A stretch of DNA of 33,540 nucleotides. It comes from Lentisphaerota bacterium (GTDB lineage Bacteria; Verrucomicrobiota; Lentisphaeria; Oligosphaerales; JAFGRS01). Both the position numbers and the translations under genes were made by a program. Under the pieces are notes generated by a model. That model saw only the letters and a program-made list of their open reading frames with translations, did not search any database and was not told where the DNA came from. The stretch covers positions 1 to 33,540 of the forward strand of contig JAAYZO010000535.1 of the NCBI GenBank assembly GCA_012514865.1, given 5' to 3'. Positions 20,301 to 32,300 of the stretch are shown in pieces. Numbering within the stretch: the stretch's first letter is position 1; every line of letters starts with the position of its first letter.

Positions 20301-23300
20301 TGGGCGGCACCACGAAGTAGGTGGAGGTGCCGCCGCCGGTGTCGCGCAGGCGCAGGTAGATCTGGTTGCGGCCGGCGCGCAGGTAGGTCGCGATGTCGAC
20401 GGTGCCGGTGCCGGCCAGTCCGACGCCGACGCCGTTGACCGTCATCTGGTCCACCGCGCCGTTCGGCAGGAGCAGCTCGAAGGGCGCCGTCTCCGGAGCG
20501 CGGTCCAGCACGATGTACTTCATCAGGTGCATGAACATGCCGGAGTCGTAGTTGATGATCGACTTGGTCAGCACGGTCATCAGGTCTTCGACGTAGTTGG
20601 TCGTCGTGCCGATCGAGCTGAAGACCGTGAAGTCACGGACCATGTGGCCGCTGCTGGAGAGCGGCGAGGGCAGGTTCGCGCCGGTCGGGACGGCGGTGTG
20701 CGGGCCGGGGTTGCCAGCGAGCCAGCCACCGGGCGGGGTGAAGTAGCCCTCGGTCATCTGGCCGTCGACATTCAGGTCGTTGCGGGTGTCCGTGAAGGGC
20801 GCGCCCCAGATCATCTGGCGCCAGTTGTTGAGGTTGTGGAGGCTGACCCACCATTCCGGGAGGCCATCGCCGTCGTCGTCATCGACGCCACTGAGAGGCG
20901 CGGCCTGGTCCTCGGTGAGGGTGGCGCCGGCGAGGGCGTAGTCCTCATCGCGGAAGGCGCGGAAGTCCTCGGCGAGGAGGCCGGCGTCGTCGAAGCGGTA
21001 GTAGAGCCGCAGGACGTCGCTGTAGAGGTAGATGGTCCGGCTGGCGAAGGGGTTATCGGCGTCGGGGATCAGCTCCTGGAGGGCGAGCTGCGGGCTGAAG
21101 CTGCCGGTGTCGATGGTCTCGTAGGTCGGGATGATCTCATCGCGCCAGCGGTTCAGCTCCTGCTCGGTGCGGGCCTCGCCCCAGACGCGGATCTCGTCGA
21201 GGTGGCCGCTGGTCAGGTCGCGGCCGACCCAGGCATTGCCGGCGGCGATGGTCGGCACCGCCAGGGTCTGCTGCGCAATCAGCAGGATGCCATCGCGGTA
21301 GAGGCGCAGGCTGTTATCGGCCGGGGCCCAGACGACGGCCAGGTGGTGCCAGCTCCCGACGGGCACCGCCGGCACGGCGGCGCTGCCGCCGACCTTGACG
21401 ACGTCGGCCGTGCCGCTGAAGATGCGGCCGACCGGGGCGCCGTCCTCGAGGCCGAAGCTGAAGCTCTGGCCGTTGACGCCTTCGTAGAGGAGGAACGAGC
21501 CGGTCTGCGTCGTGACGTCGGCGGCGGCGCGGTACCAGGTCTCGAGGGTCCAGGCGGTCTGGCCGAAGGCGAAGCGCTCGGGATGCGGGATCTCGAGGCC
21601 GCGGCTGGCGGTCTGGGCCGCCAGGGCAGCGAGGTCGAGGCTGGCGGGCTTGAAGTTCGGCCGGCTCATCGGGTGGACCGGCGAGGTGGCCGCGTCGACC
21701 TCGGCCTTATCGTCGTAGCCGTCGTCGTCGCTGTCGGTCAGGCGCGGGTCGGCGCCGTGGGTCTGCTCCTCGCGGTTGGCGAGGCCGTCGCGGTCGAAGT
21801 CCTCGTTGCCGTCGGTGACGCCGTTGTTATCGGTGTCGGTGTCGTAGGGGTTGGTGCCGACGTAGAACTCGTAGAGGTTGCTGAGGCCATCCTGATCGAG
21901 GTCGCTGGTGGCGTCGAGGGCCAGGGCCGGCTCGCCGCTGTGGACATCCTCCCACCAGTCCGGCAGGCCGTCGGCGTCGCTGTCGTCGATGCCCTTCATC
22001 GTCTTGGCGTCGGTGGTGACCGTCCAGTCGGCATGGCCGTCGCCGTCGGCGTCGGTGACGCCGTAGCTCCCTGCCAGGAGACTGTATTTCAGGACATCAC
22101 GGTGGGCCGGGTGGCCGTAGGGCCGGGTGAAGTCCTCGATGGCCATGCCGCCGTCGTCAAAGCGGTAGTAGGCCAGGAGGCCGGTGCCGGAGACGATGCT
22201 GTCGCGGCTGGCGCGGACCTGGGCCAGGGTCATCGCCGCGGCGCGGATGCGCACCTCATCGACAAGGCCGCTGGTCAGCGTGGCGCTGCCGGCGGCGCTC
22301 TCGGCCATGCCGTTGCCGCCCACGTACATCGACCCGACGCCACTGACAGGGCGCTCGAGGGCGATCGTCTTGTACTCCAGCACGCCGTCGACGTAGAGGC
22401 TCAGGGAGTTCTGAGCCGCGTTGTAGCTGCCGGCGATGTGGTACCAGCGCCCGGGGGTCAGTTTGGGCGCGACGTTGACGCCGCCCGCGGTGTAGGGCTT
22501 GTTGCTCTCGGCCTGGAAGCGGCTGTAGGGATAGCCGTCCTTCACGCCGATCTCGGCGGCGGTCCGGCGGCGGACCTGGACGCTGATGATAGCGCCGGTG
22601 TCGTCGTCGGCCAGGCGGACCCATGCCTGCAGGCTCCACGCCTGGGCCAGGGCGGCGGTGCGATCGCCGTCCGGCAGGGCAATGCCGCTGTTGGTACCTG
22701 TCGCGACAGCGTCATTGACCGTGGCCAGGTCGAGGCTGCGCGGCGGCGTCAGGCGGTAGTTCCCCAGGCTGTCGACCGGGACGGCGGTGTCGAAGTGAGC
22801 CATGGAGTAGAGCGGGCTGGTGATGTAGTGCGGACGGTCGGGGCTGCCGTCGGGGGAGCCGAACAGCTCCGCGTCATCGCGGACGCCATCGTCGTCGGTG
22901 TCGACCAGGCCGGGATGCGTGCCGAGTTCCTGCTCCTCGCCATTGGTGAGGGTGTCCCCGTCGGTGTCGTCGTGGTAGTCGTCGGTACCGTTGTGGTCGG
23001 AGTCGGCCTCGTTGGGGTCGGTGTCGGCGTAGTACTCGTAGAGGTTGCTCAGGCCATCGCCGTCGGGATCGGCCAGGCTGTCGTCGACATTCGGGTCGGT
23101 GCCGTTCTCCTGTTCCCAGAGGTCGGGCATGCCGTCACCATCGGAGTCACGCTCGCCGGAGACGGCGTTGTCGGAAGCGAGTGTGGTGCCGTTCCGGTTG
23201 AGGGCGTGTGACCAGCCGGTGAACCAGTCCATGCGCCGGGCGAAGTCCTCGTAGGTCTGGCCGCCGTCGTCGAACAGGAAGGCGTACACGAGGCCGTTGC

Positions 23301-26300
23301 GCTCGGTGCCGAGCGAGTAATGCGGCAGCATCACCCAGTTGGTAGCGGCGCGGGTCAGGAAGCTCTCTGTGACCGCGCTGCTGACGCCGCCGGACCAGGA
23401 AGCGCGGATCTGGGCGGCCGTGCGGACGGTGCGCCAGAGCACGACGTCGTCGAGGCCGCCTTTGAAGCCGCTGTAGTCCACCGAGCCATTCTCGGGGAGT
23501 CCGGCGCCGATGGTGGTGCCGGCACGCCCCTTGACGTTGGTGGGCGGGGCGTCGGTAACGCCGGAGAGGCTGCGCTCGAGTTCGCCGCCGACGTAGAGGC
23601 GCAGGGTCCGCTCGGTATCAGAGAACGACCCCGCGATATGCGTCCAAGTGGTGCCGTCGGCGATGACCGGGCTGTTCGCGGTCAGGAGCCAGGCGGTGCC
23701 CTGGGCGGTCTTGAAGCCGACGTACGGCTTGCCCTCGGCGTCGAGGCCGATCTCGTAGTTGGTGGCGTAGTAGTACTGGTCGCTCTCGTTGGGGTACTCG
23801 TCGTCGGTCCCCGTCGGCAGTTTGCCGTACCGTCCGACGGCGCGGCGCAGGATGACGCCGTTGAGAGCGCCCTCGTCGGGCTTGATCCACGCCTCGACCG
23901 TCCAGTCGAGATAGGAGTTGGGATTCCAGAACCAGTCGTCGACCTCCGGCACGGTGAGGACATCCTGACCGGTGAGGCGGAGGTGGCGCGGGCGGCTGGG
24001 TATGAGGCTCGACACCGGGTTGAAGCTGCCCTTGACCTCATCACCGTCGTCGAAGCCGTCGTCGTCGGTGTCGAGGAGGTTCGGCATGGCTCCGGGGTAG
24101 CGCGCCACGGAGCGTTCGATGCCATTCATGAGGCCATCGCCATCGCCATCCTCTTCGCCATCGGGGATGCCGTTGCCGTCGGTGTCGTCGTCGAGCGGGT
24201 TGGTGTTGCAGAGGAACTCGGACCAGTTGTCGAGGCCGTCGCCGTCGGGATCCTGGTCATAGGCCCACTTGGCCAGGCCGTAGAAGCGTTCGGTCCAGAA
24301 GTAGCGGATCGGGGTGCCGTCGGCGCGGTAGTTGTGCACCTGGTCCGCCGACTCCTGGTAGGGAGGCAGACCCTGCATCTGGAACCACTCGACGTTGCCC
24401 TGCTCATTGGCCATGCGCACGCCGTTGACGAAGACCTCGCCCCAGAACTCCAGGGGCCAGACCGGCGTGTCGGCATCGAAGTGCTCGAAGTGCACGGTGA
24501 TGCGGTTGCGCCCGGCATAGAGACGGGTGCGAATGCCGTTGACGAGGTCCAGGGTATCGACGGCGCCGGCGGCGAGGTTGCCGAAGTAGTCATGCGGGAG
24601 GGAGACGGCCGTGTCGGGGCCGCCGACGCGTTCGCCGTTGACCCAGATCCAGAAGCGGTTGTACGACCCAGTGCCGCCCACCGGCCCGCCGTAGGAGAAG
24701 CGGAAGATGGCGCTTTCGACCGTTTCGGTATCGAGGAAGAAGTCGGTCACGAAGGTCCGCGCATCGGGGTTTTCGCCGATGAAGGTCCGGGCCGGTATCT
24801 CCTGGTCGGTCACCGCGTCGATGTACGACGAACCGCTCCAGTACTCGGGTTCGGGGTCGAAGCCGGTATAGGGGAAGTCGAGGTCATACCAGCCGCCGGC
24901 GGCGGCGCCGAAGTGGAGCTGCTGCCAGCCATCGGGGATGGGGTCGAACTCGGTGTTGCCGGTGCCGATCATGGCGACGGCCACATCGCTGTCGAAGTAC
25001 GGACGGGACTCGGCCGGGAAGCGCCGGCCGAGTGCAGTCAGGGCGTGCGGCCAGTCCGTGCGCCACTCGACCTGAGTGTCATAGGCGAAGTCCTGGGCGC
25101 CGACCGGCAGATCACCGCTGGCGGCGTGGCCGTCGTCGAAGCGGTAGTAGGCCGTCGGCGTGTTCACCGGGTCGTCATTGCCCAGGCCGACCTGCGGCAG
25201 GGCCGTGGTCATCCATTCGCGCAGCTCCTGCTGGCTGCGGATGCGCGAACGCGTCAGGGTGAGCGTCCAGATGCGCACTTCGTCCAGGTTGCCGGCGAGG
25301 TACATGCCGTCGCGCTCGCCCATCAGCTCGGTGGTCCAGTCGGAGCCGTTGCCGCTGATGATGTCGTCGGCGCGCACCATGACGGCGCCGGCGAAGACGC
25401 CGTTGATGTACAGCCGGATGGAGTTGGCGCTGTTCTCCCAGGCCGCAGCGAGGTGGACCCAGCCGGAGGCGACCGTCAGCGGCAGACCGTGGCGTGCCAC
25501 GATCTCGTAGTCGAGGCCGTCCAGGCCGCGGGTGCGGGCATAGGGCAGGCCATCGCGCAGACCGAGTTCGAAGGCACTGCCGACGCCACGCTGGTGGCGA
25601 CGCATGAGGCTACCGGTGTTCTTGGCGTCGTCGCCAAGGCGGAACCAGCACTCCACCGTCCAGTCGGAGCGCAGGCTGTTGCGGCTGGCATCGAAGCGTT
25701 CGTCGGCGGGGATGGTCAGCACCTGAGCGGCGTCCCCGGCCGGGAACTTCAGGCTACGCCAGATCAGAGGACTGAGCGGGTCGAGCGGGCCGCTGCCACG
25801 GCGCTGGACCTGGCGGTCGATGCCGGCGTCGTAGCGGCGATTGCCGTTGACCTCGCACCAGAGGTTCTCGTTGGAGTCCCAGGCGCCACTGGCGTTGGTG
25901 TCATAGAAGTAGACGCCACCGATGGCATCGGGGTTGATACCGGGAACCGCGTCGCGGCTGCTCCAGTCGTCACTGCCGCCATGGACACGGCGGTCGTGGT
26001 CGGCGTCGTAGCGGCCGGCGGTGCCGCCGGCGATATCCTGCCAGATGTCCTCGGTCGGGTCCCAGACGCCGTCGAGGTCAGCGTCAGCGAAGGCGATGCC
26101 GGTCTGGATGACCAGAGCGCCCTGGCTGCCATCGGCGAGGACCCAGGTGTCGGCGGTGACCTCGTCGTAGTCGATGAGGCCATCGTCGTCGGTGTCGCGC
26201 TTGCCCGGGTGCGTCCCGATCAACTGCTCGTACTGGTTGTTCAGGCCGTCGGCGTCGCCGTCTTCGGCAACATCCTCGGCGCCGTCGCCATCGGTATCGA

Positions 26301-29300
26301 CGAGAATCGGGCTGGTGCCGGCGTAGTATTCGTAGAGGTCGTTCAGGCCGTCGACATCGGCGTCGCCGCTGCCGTCGGTGGTGTCGAGGCTGTCGAAGTA
26401 GCTAAGCTCCCACCAGTCGGGCAGGCCATCGCTGTCCGCGTCGATATCACGGCGGTAGCTCGGGCTGGTGGTGTCGACCTCCATCCTGGCGCCGTTGTGG
26501 AGTCGGACGGCGTTCGCCCAATCCGTCAGCCAGTCTCTGGCGACGGTCGCATCCTGGGCGGTAAGGCCGAAGTCGTCGAAGCTGTAGAGCGCGACCAGGC
26601 CGGCCTCGGTGCCGCTCTGGGTGACCGCCATGGAGGCGGCGATGTCGCTGACGGTGCGGGCCTGATTCCAGATACGGACCTCGTCGATGCGGCCGCTGAA
26701 GCCCTCGCCAATGCGGCTCAGGCGGGCGCCGACCAAGTCAGTCGCGGGCGGCTCATCGTTGACCGTGGTCTGCCACTGGTAGCGGCCGTTGACGACGATC
26801 GTCAGCGTGGCAGCCTGCTCATCGTAGACACCGGCCAGGTGCACCCAGCCGGCCGCGGGCGTCACTCGCGCCAGTTCGGGGACCTCGGTCGAGCGCCACT
26901 CGTAGGTCTGCCCGTGGTGGAGAAGGACGTAACGGACATAGGGCGAGCCGTTGGGCGCGATCGCCAGTTCGTAGTTCACCGTCTGGTCGGGCCCGTGCTG
27001 GATGGCATGGCGGATGACCGAGCCGCCCGCGAAACCGGCATCGGCCTTGACCCAGGCCTCGAGGGTCCAACTGCCGGCCAGGTCGAAGCGCGTCTGCCAC
27101 GGCAGGGCGGCGTAGTCGTCCGAGCCATCGAGCACGAGGACGCCGGGCGTATAGCGCACGCTCACGGCGGGGTCTTCAAGACGGTCGTTGCCATCGGCCG
27201 GGTTCGTCCGGTCGAGGAGTTCGCGAGCGTCGAGGCGGCCATCGTCGTCGGTATCGGCCAGGCGCGGGTGCGTGCCGATGCGCTGCTCCTCCAGGTTGGT
27301 CAGATCGCCGTCGCCGACGATGGCATTGCCGTCGTCGTCATCGCCGTGTTCCTTGCCGTCCTGGATGCCATTGCCATCGCTGTCGCGCTGACGCGGCAGG
27401 GTTCCGGCGAGGTACTCGTAGAGGTTCGTCAGGCCGTCGCCGTCGAGGTCCTGGCTGCCGTCGCTACCGGCGAGGGCGTCGAGGTTGTGGGCCAGTTCCC
27501 ACCAGTCCGGGATGCTGTCGCCATCGGTGTCGCCGAGCATCGGGGCGTAGGTGCCGTCAGTCTCGGTGATCTGGGCGCTGTCGGCGAGGGTCGTCGGGAT
27601 AGCGCTGTGGAAGGCCGCCGTCTCGAGATCCTCTTCGGCGAAGTCCTGGGCCAGGTCGCCGCCGTCGTCAAAGCGGAAGTGTGCGACCATGCCGCCGATG
27701 ACCTGGGCGGTGCCCTGCGAGCCGCGCATGCGGAACTGCAGGTCGGAGAGGAAGATGCCGCTGTCCAGGATGGTGTCGCCGAGGTCGCTGATCGCGAAGC
27801 GCAGGGTGTGCTGCCCGGGTGTCAGCGGCCAGTTGGTGCGCAGGGTCGGCGTGAAGCCGTTGTACTGCATGTTCATGGTCACAACAGTCTTGCCGACGCG
27901 GGCCGGGTGGCCGGGGTAGTAGTCGCCGCTGTTGTCCAACTGGAAGAAGTTATTGTTGACCGTCAGCGGGTTGCCGAGGGAGTCGAAGGAGATGTTGACG
28001 CCGTCGAGGAAGCATCCGAAGGCATCGTTATAGGCCGACCCGACGTAGTACGGGAACTCCTCCGAGCCGAAGACCATGTCGAAGGACAGCCCGGGCACCG
28101 AGCTGTCGCTGGTGAAGGTCAACTCCAGGGCGATGGCGTCGTGGACCGAGTCGGTGCTCATACCGGCGAGGGCGGCGAGCTGGCTGTCCTGCATGGGCGT
28201 AGCGCCCTCGAGCGTGGCCGAGAAGCTCGGGGCGTTGTTGGGGCCGACGACGCGGCTGGCGTCGCCGCTGGTCATAACAACGCCGTCACCGAGCTGCTTG
28301 CTGCCGGCCACCGACGGGAACTGGCTGTAGAGGGCGGTCGGCGTGGGGGCGTTGGTAGCGGTGGGCGTACCGACGAAGGCCGCACTGAGGTTGCTGATGC
28401 CCGCGGGCACCTGACCGCCGAGGAGGGCGTTCATGAGGGCCTGGGCATCCGTGGTCGCTGTCAGGGTGACGGTGTTGGACGAGGTCGCCCCATAGGCCTG
28501 GCCGGACTGCACCGAGGTGTGCATCCACGCTGCGACCTGCCAGGGCTCGAGCACGGCGCCATAGAGGCGGACTTCGTCGATGGCTCCATGGAAAGCGTCA
28601 CCGAGGCTGACCACGGCCACTTCCGGGCCGTAGGTCGGGCACTCCGGGCGTTCGGCAGTGAAGCTGTACTGGTCCATGACCAGGCCATTGACAAAGAGCA
28701 CGAGGGCGTAGGATTCGGCGTCGTAGGTCGCCGCCAGGTGGGTCCACTCGGCCATCGGGAGCTGCGTCGGCGACTCCAGACGGTACGGCGCGACGCCGAG
28801 CCCGTCCTCAGTGCCGAACTCGACGTAGGCGCGGCCATCCTTCAGGCCGATCTGGTAGTTGACCTTGTCGGTATCGACGCGGCGCTGCAGGAGCGACGCG
28901 GTCTGGCCGGCGGTTTCGGGCTTGACCCACAGCTCAAGAGACCAGGTGCTCAGGGCGTACTTGGCCTGGTTCGGGACGAGCAGGCGGCTGGCGCCGTCGA
29001 ACTGGGCGCCGCGGCGGACCGCCGCGCTGTTCGGGTTGAGCGGATCCGAGACCGGCCAGAGCTCGGCGATGCTGGTGCCGAAGGCGGCGGGGTCGTCGCC
29101 GCCGTAGATCTCGATGTAGTCGGAGTTGCCATCGTCGTCGCTGTCGGCTCGCTGCGGGTTGGTGCCGTAGGTCTGCTCGTGAGCGTTGATGACGCCGTCG
29201 GCGTCGACGCTGTCGAGTTGGGCGTCGAGGGTGGTGCCGTCGGTGCGCTCGCGGTCCGGGCGGGTGCCACAGAGGTACTCGTAGAGGTTGCTGAGGCCAT

Positions 29301-32300
29301 CGCCGTCGGCGTCGTTGCCGGCGTCATCGGCGGTCAGGTCGAGGCCGAAGGCGTGTTCCCAGGCGTCGGGCATGCCATCGCCGTCAGCGTCGTCGAAGCC
29401 CCGCAGATCCTTGCCGGCGGCGAACCAGTCGGCCTGGCCGGCGGCGCTGCCGACGCCGTAGTCGGCGGCCACGAGGCTGTAGGCCTCGGCGTAGATCGAC
29501 GGGTAGGCGTGGGTGAAGTCCTCGACGGCCATGCCGCCGTCGTCGAAGCGGTAGTAGGCCAGGAGGCCTTCGCTGGTGCCGTCGATGAGGCGGTGACGCG
29601 CCAGGTCGAGCTGGGCCTGGGTGCGCGGCGCGCCCCAGACGCGGACCTCGTCGACGAGGCCGTCGGCCAGGCCGGCGCCGAGAACGAGGCTCGGGCGACC
29701 GCTGAGCAGGCCGTCGACACCGGCGGCGGCGAGGTCGAGCTCGACCACGGCGGTGCCGTCGACGATGAGGCGGACCAGGCGGGCGACGGGGTCGTAGGCG
29801 GCCGCCACATGTAGCCACTCGCCAGCGGTCGCCGTCACGTCACTGGTGAGGACGTGGGCGCTGAAGCCGTCGGCGGGCGAGGCGGTGATGGCCAGGGCCG
29901 GCTTGCCACCAACCAGGTGCAGGTCAAAGACGACCAGCGCGCCGGCGCCGTTGGGGATGGTCGCCTGGACGAGCGAGCCGTCGGTGTCGGTGCCGACCTG
30001 GAACCACAGCTCGACGGTCCAGCCGTGGGTGAAGTCGAAGCGCGAGGCGTAGGGCATCGTCAGACCGGCGCCGGGGGTGCCGAGGGCGGCGAGGTCGAGG
30101 CTGCGGGCCACGGCCGGGCTCATGCTGTAGCGGCCGCTGGTCGGCGGGTTGCCGAAGTACTCGTCAGCGTCGGCAAGGCCGTCGTCGTCGCTGTCCTGGC
30201 GGCGCGGGTGGCTGCCGCCGGTCTGCTCGTCGAGGTTGCTGAGGCCGTCGTTGTCCTCGTCCTCGTCGGCGTCGCCAAGGCCGTCATTGTCGGTGTCGGC
30301 GTCGTTCGGGTCGAGGTCGGCGAGGTACTCGTAGAGGTCGTTGAGGCCATCGCCGTCAGTGTCGGTATAGCCATCGGGGCCGGCCGCATCCAGGCCGGCG
30401 GTGGTGAGATTGCCGAAGTGGAGGAGTTCCCAGGCGTCCGGGATGCCATCCGCGTCGCTGTCGGCGCCGGCGGCGGTCACGGGCGCGTCGAGAGGCGCGG
30501 GGACCATGGCGGCACTGCCGAGGAGGCGGCCGGCATCGGCCCAGCCGTTGAGCCAGCCGTTCGTCTGGGTGAAGTCTTCCGCGGTGGTGAGGCCGTCGAT
30601 GGCGCTGCCATCCTCGGCGGCACCGCCGTCATCGAAGCGGAAGTAGGCCACCAGGCGGCCGTCGGTGACGGTGGCGTTGCCGTACATACCGGCGGCGATG
30701 CCGGCCCCCGGCAGAGCCGTATTCCAGATGCGGACTTCGTCCATCTGGCCGACGAAGCCGGCGCCGATGCGGGTGAGCACCGGGCCGGTGCCGACCAGGG
30801 CGCAGGAGCCGCTCACCGGCTGGTTCGCGACCTGGACGCCGTTGACGAAGAGACGGAGCTGGTTGCCGGCGTCGTCGAAGGTCGCCGCCAGGTGACTCCA
30901 CTGGCTCAGCGGCAGGGCCGCCAGGCCGTTCAGAACCATGCGCTCGCCGGGCTGCGGCTGCTGGCTGCCATCGACCACGGAGGTGAACTGCACGTACGGC
31001 ACCCCGTCCTCAAGGCCGAGGCGGAAGGTGTAACGGTCGGCGCCGACCTGGCGCTCGATGAGGGTGCCATCGCCGGTCGCAGTCGGCTTGACCCAGGCTT
31101 CGAGAGTCCAGTTGGCGAGGGCGAAGCGCGAGGACAGGGGCAGAACGAGGCTGTCGATGCCGCCGGTCAGCTCCAGGACGCGGTCGACGATGGGGTCGAG
31201 GGCGGTCGTCGGGTCGGTGCCGGCGAGGGCCTCGTCGGCGTCGCTGATGCCGTCGTCGTCGTTGTCCTTCAGGGTCGGGTCGCTGCCGAGGGTCTGCTCC
31301 TGGAGGTTGGTCAGGCCGTCGCCGTCGAAGTCCTCGTCGCCGTCGGCGATGCCGTCGTTGTCGGTATCGGCCTTGTTCGGGTTGGTGCGGCAGAGGTACT
31401 CGTAGAGGCCGTTCAGGCCGTCGCTGTCGGTGTCGCCGGCCGAGACGTCGGCACCGGGGACACTGACCTCGGGGCGCCCGGCCGGGTGGGCCGCATCGTC
31501 ATTGACAAAGCCGTCGTTGTCGTTATCGACGGTGTCGGTGAGGTTCGTCTCCGGGGTGGCCCACGGGCCGGTGAGGTCGTCGGCGACGCCGTCGCCATCG
31601 CTGTCCAGGCCGTCGAAGCGCTCGTCGATATCGACGCCGAAGAGGTCCTCGTACCAGTTGGCGATGCCGTCGTTGTCGCGGTCGTCGGCGGTGCGCACCG
31701 TCGAGAGCAGGGGCGCGGCCGTCGTCGTGACCGTGGCCCCGCCGAGGTTCGCCAGGGCGTAGTCGGCGGCGGTCGCCGACGGGTAGGCCTGCGTGAAGTC
31801 CTCGACGTGGGTGCCGCCGTCGTCGAAGCGCCAGTTCGCCAGGAGGCCGGCGGTGCCGGTCTCGACGATGCGGTCGCGGTTGAGCTCGAGCTGGTCCAGG
31901 CTGCGGGCCGTGCTCCAGACGCGCACCTCGTCGAGGTGGCCGGCGGTCAGGCGCGTGGCGTCATCAGCGACGCCGCGGCTGGCCAGGTAGAGCTGGCCCA
32001 CGCCGGCGACCGGCGTCAGGGTCGTGAACTGCGAGAAGCTCAGGATGCCGTCGACCACCAGGGTCAGGGCCGAGGTCTGCGGGTCCCAGGTCGCGGCGAC
32101 ATGCCGCCAGACACCGGCGTCGAAGGCCGGGATGCCGGCCGCGGCGCCGCCGGCCGTGACCGCGGTGCCGGTCCGGCTCTCGAAGCGCGCGTAGGGCACG
32201 CCGCCGGACAGGCCGATCTCCATCGCGGTGCGGGCGCCGACCACGTAGGCGGCCAGAACGCCGTCCAGATCCGCCTCCGGCTTCACCCAGGCTTCCATCG

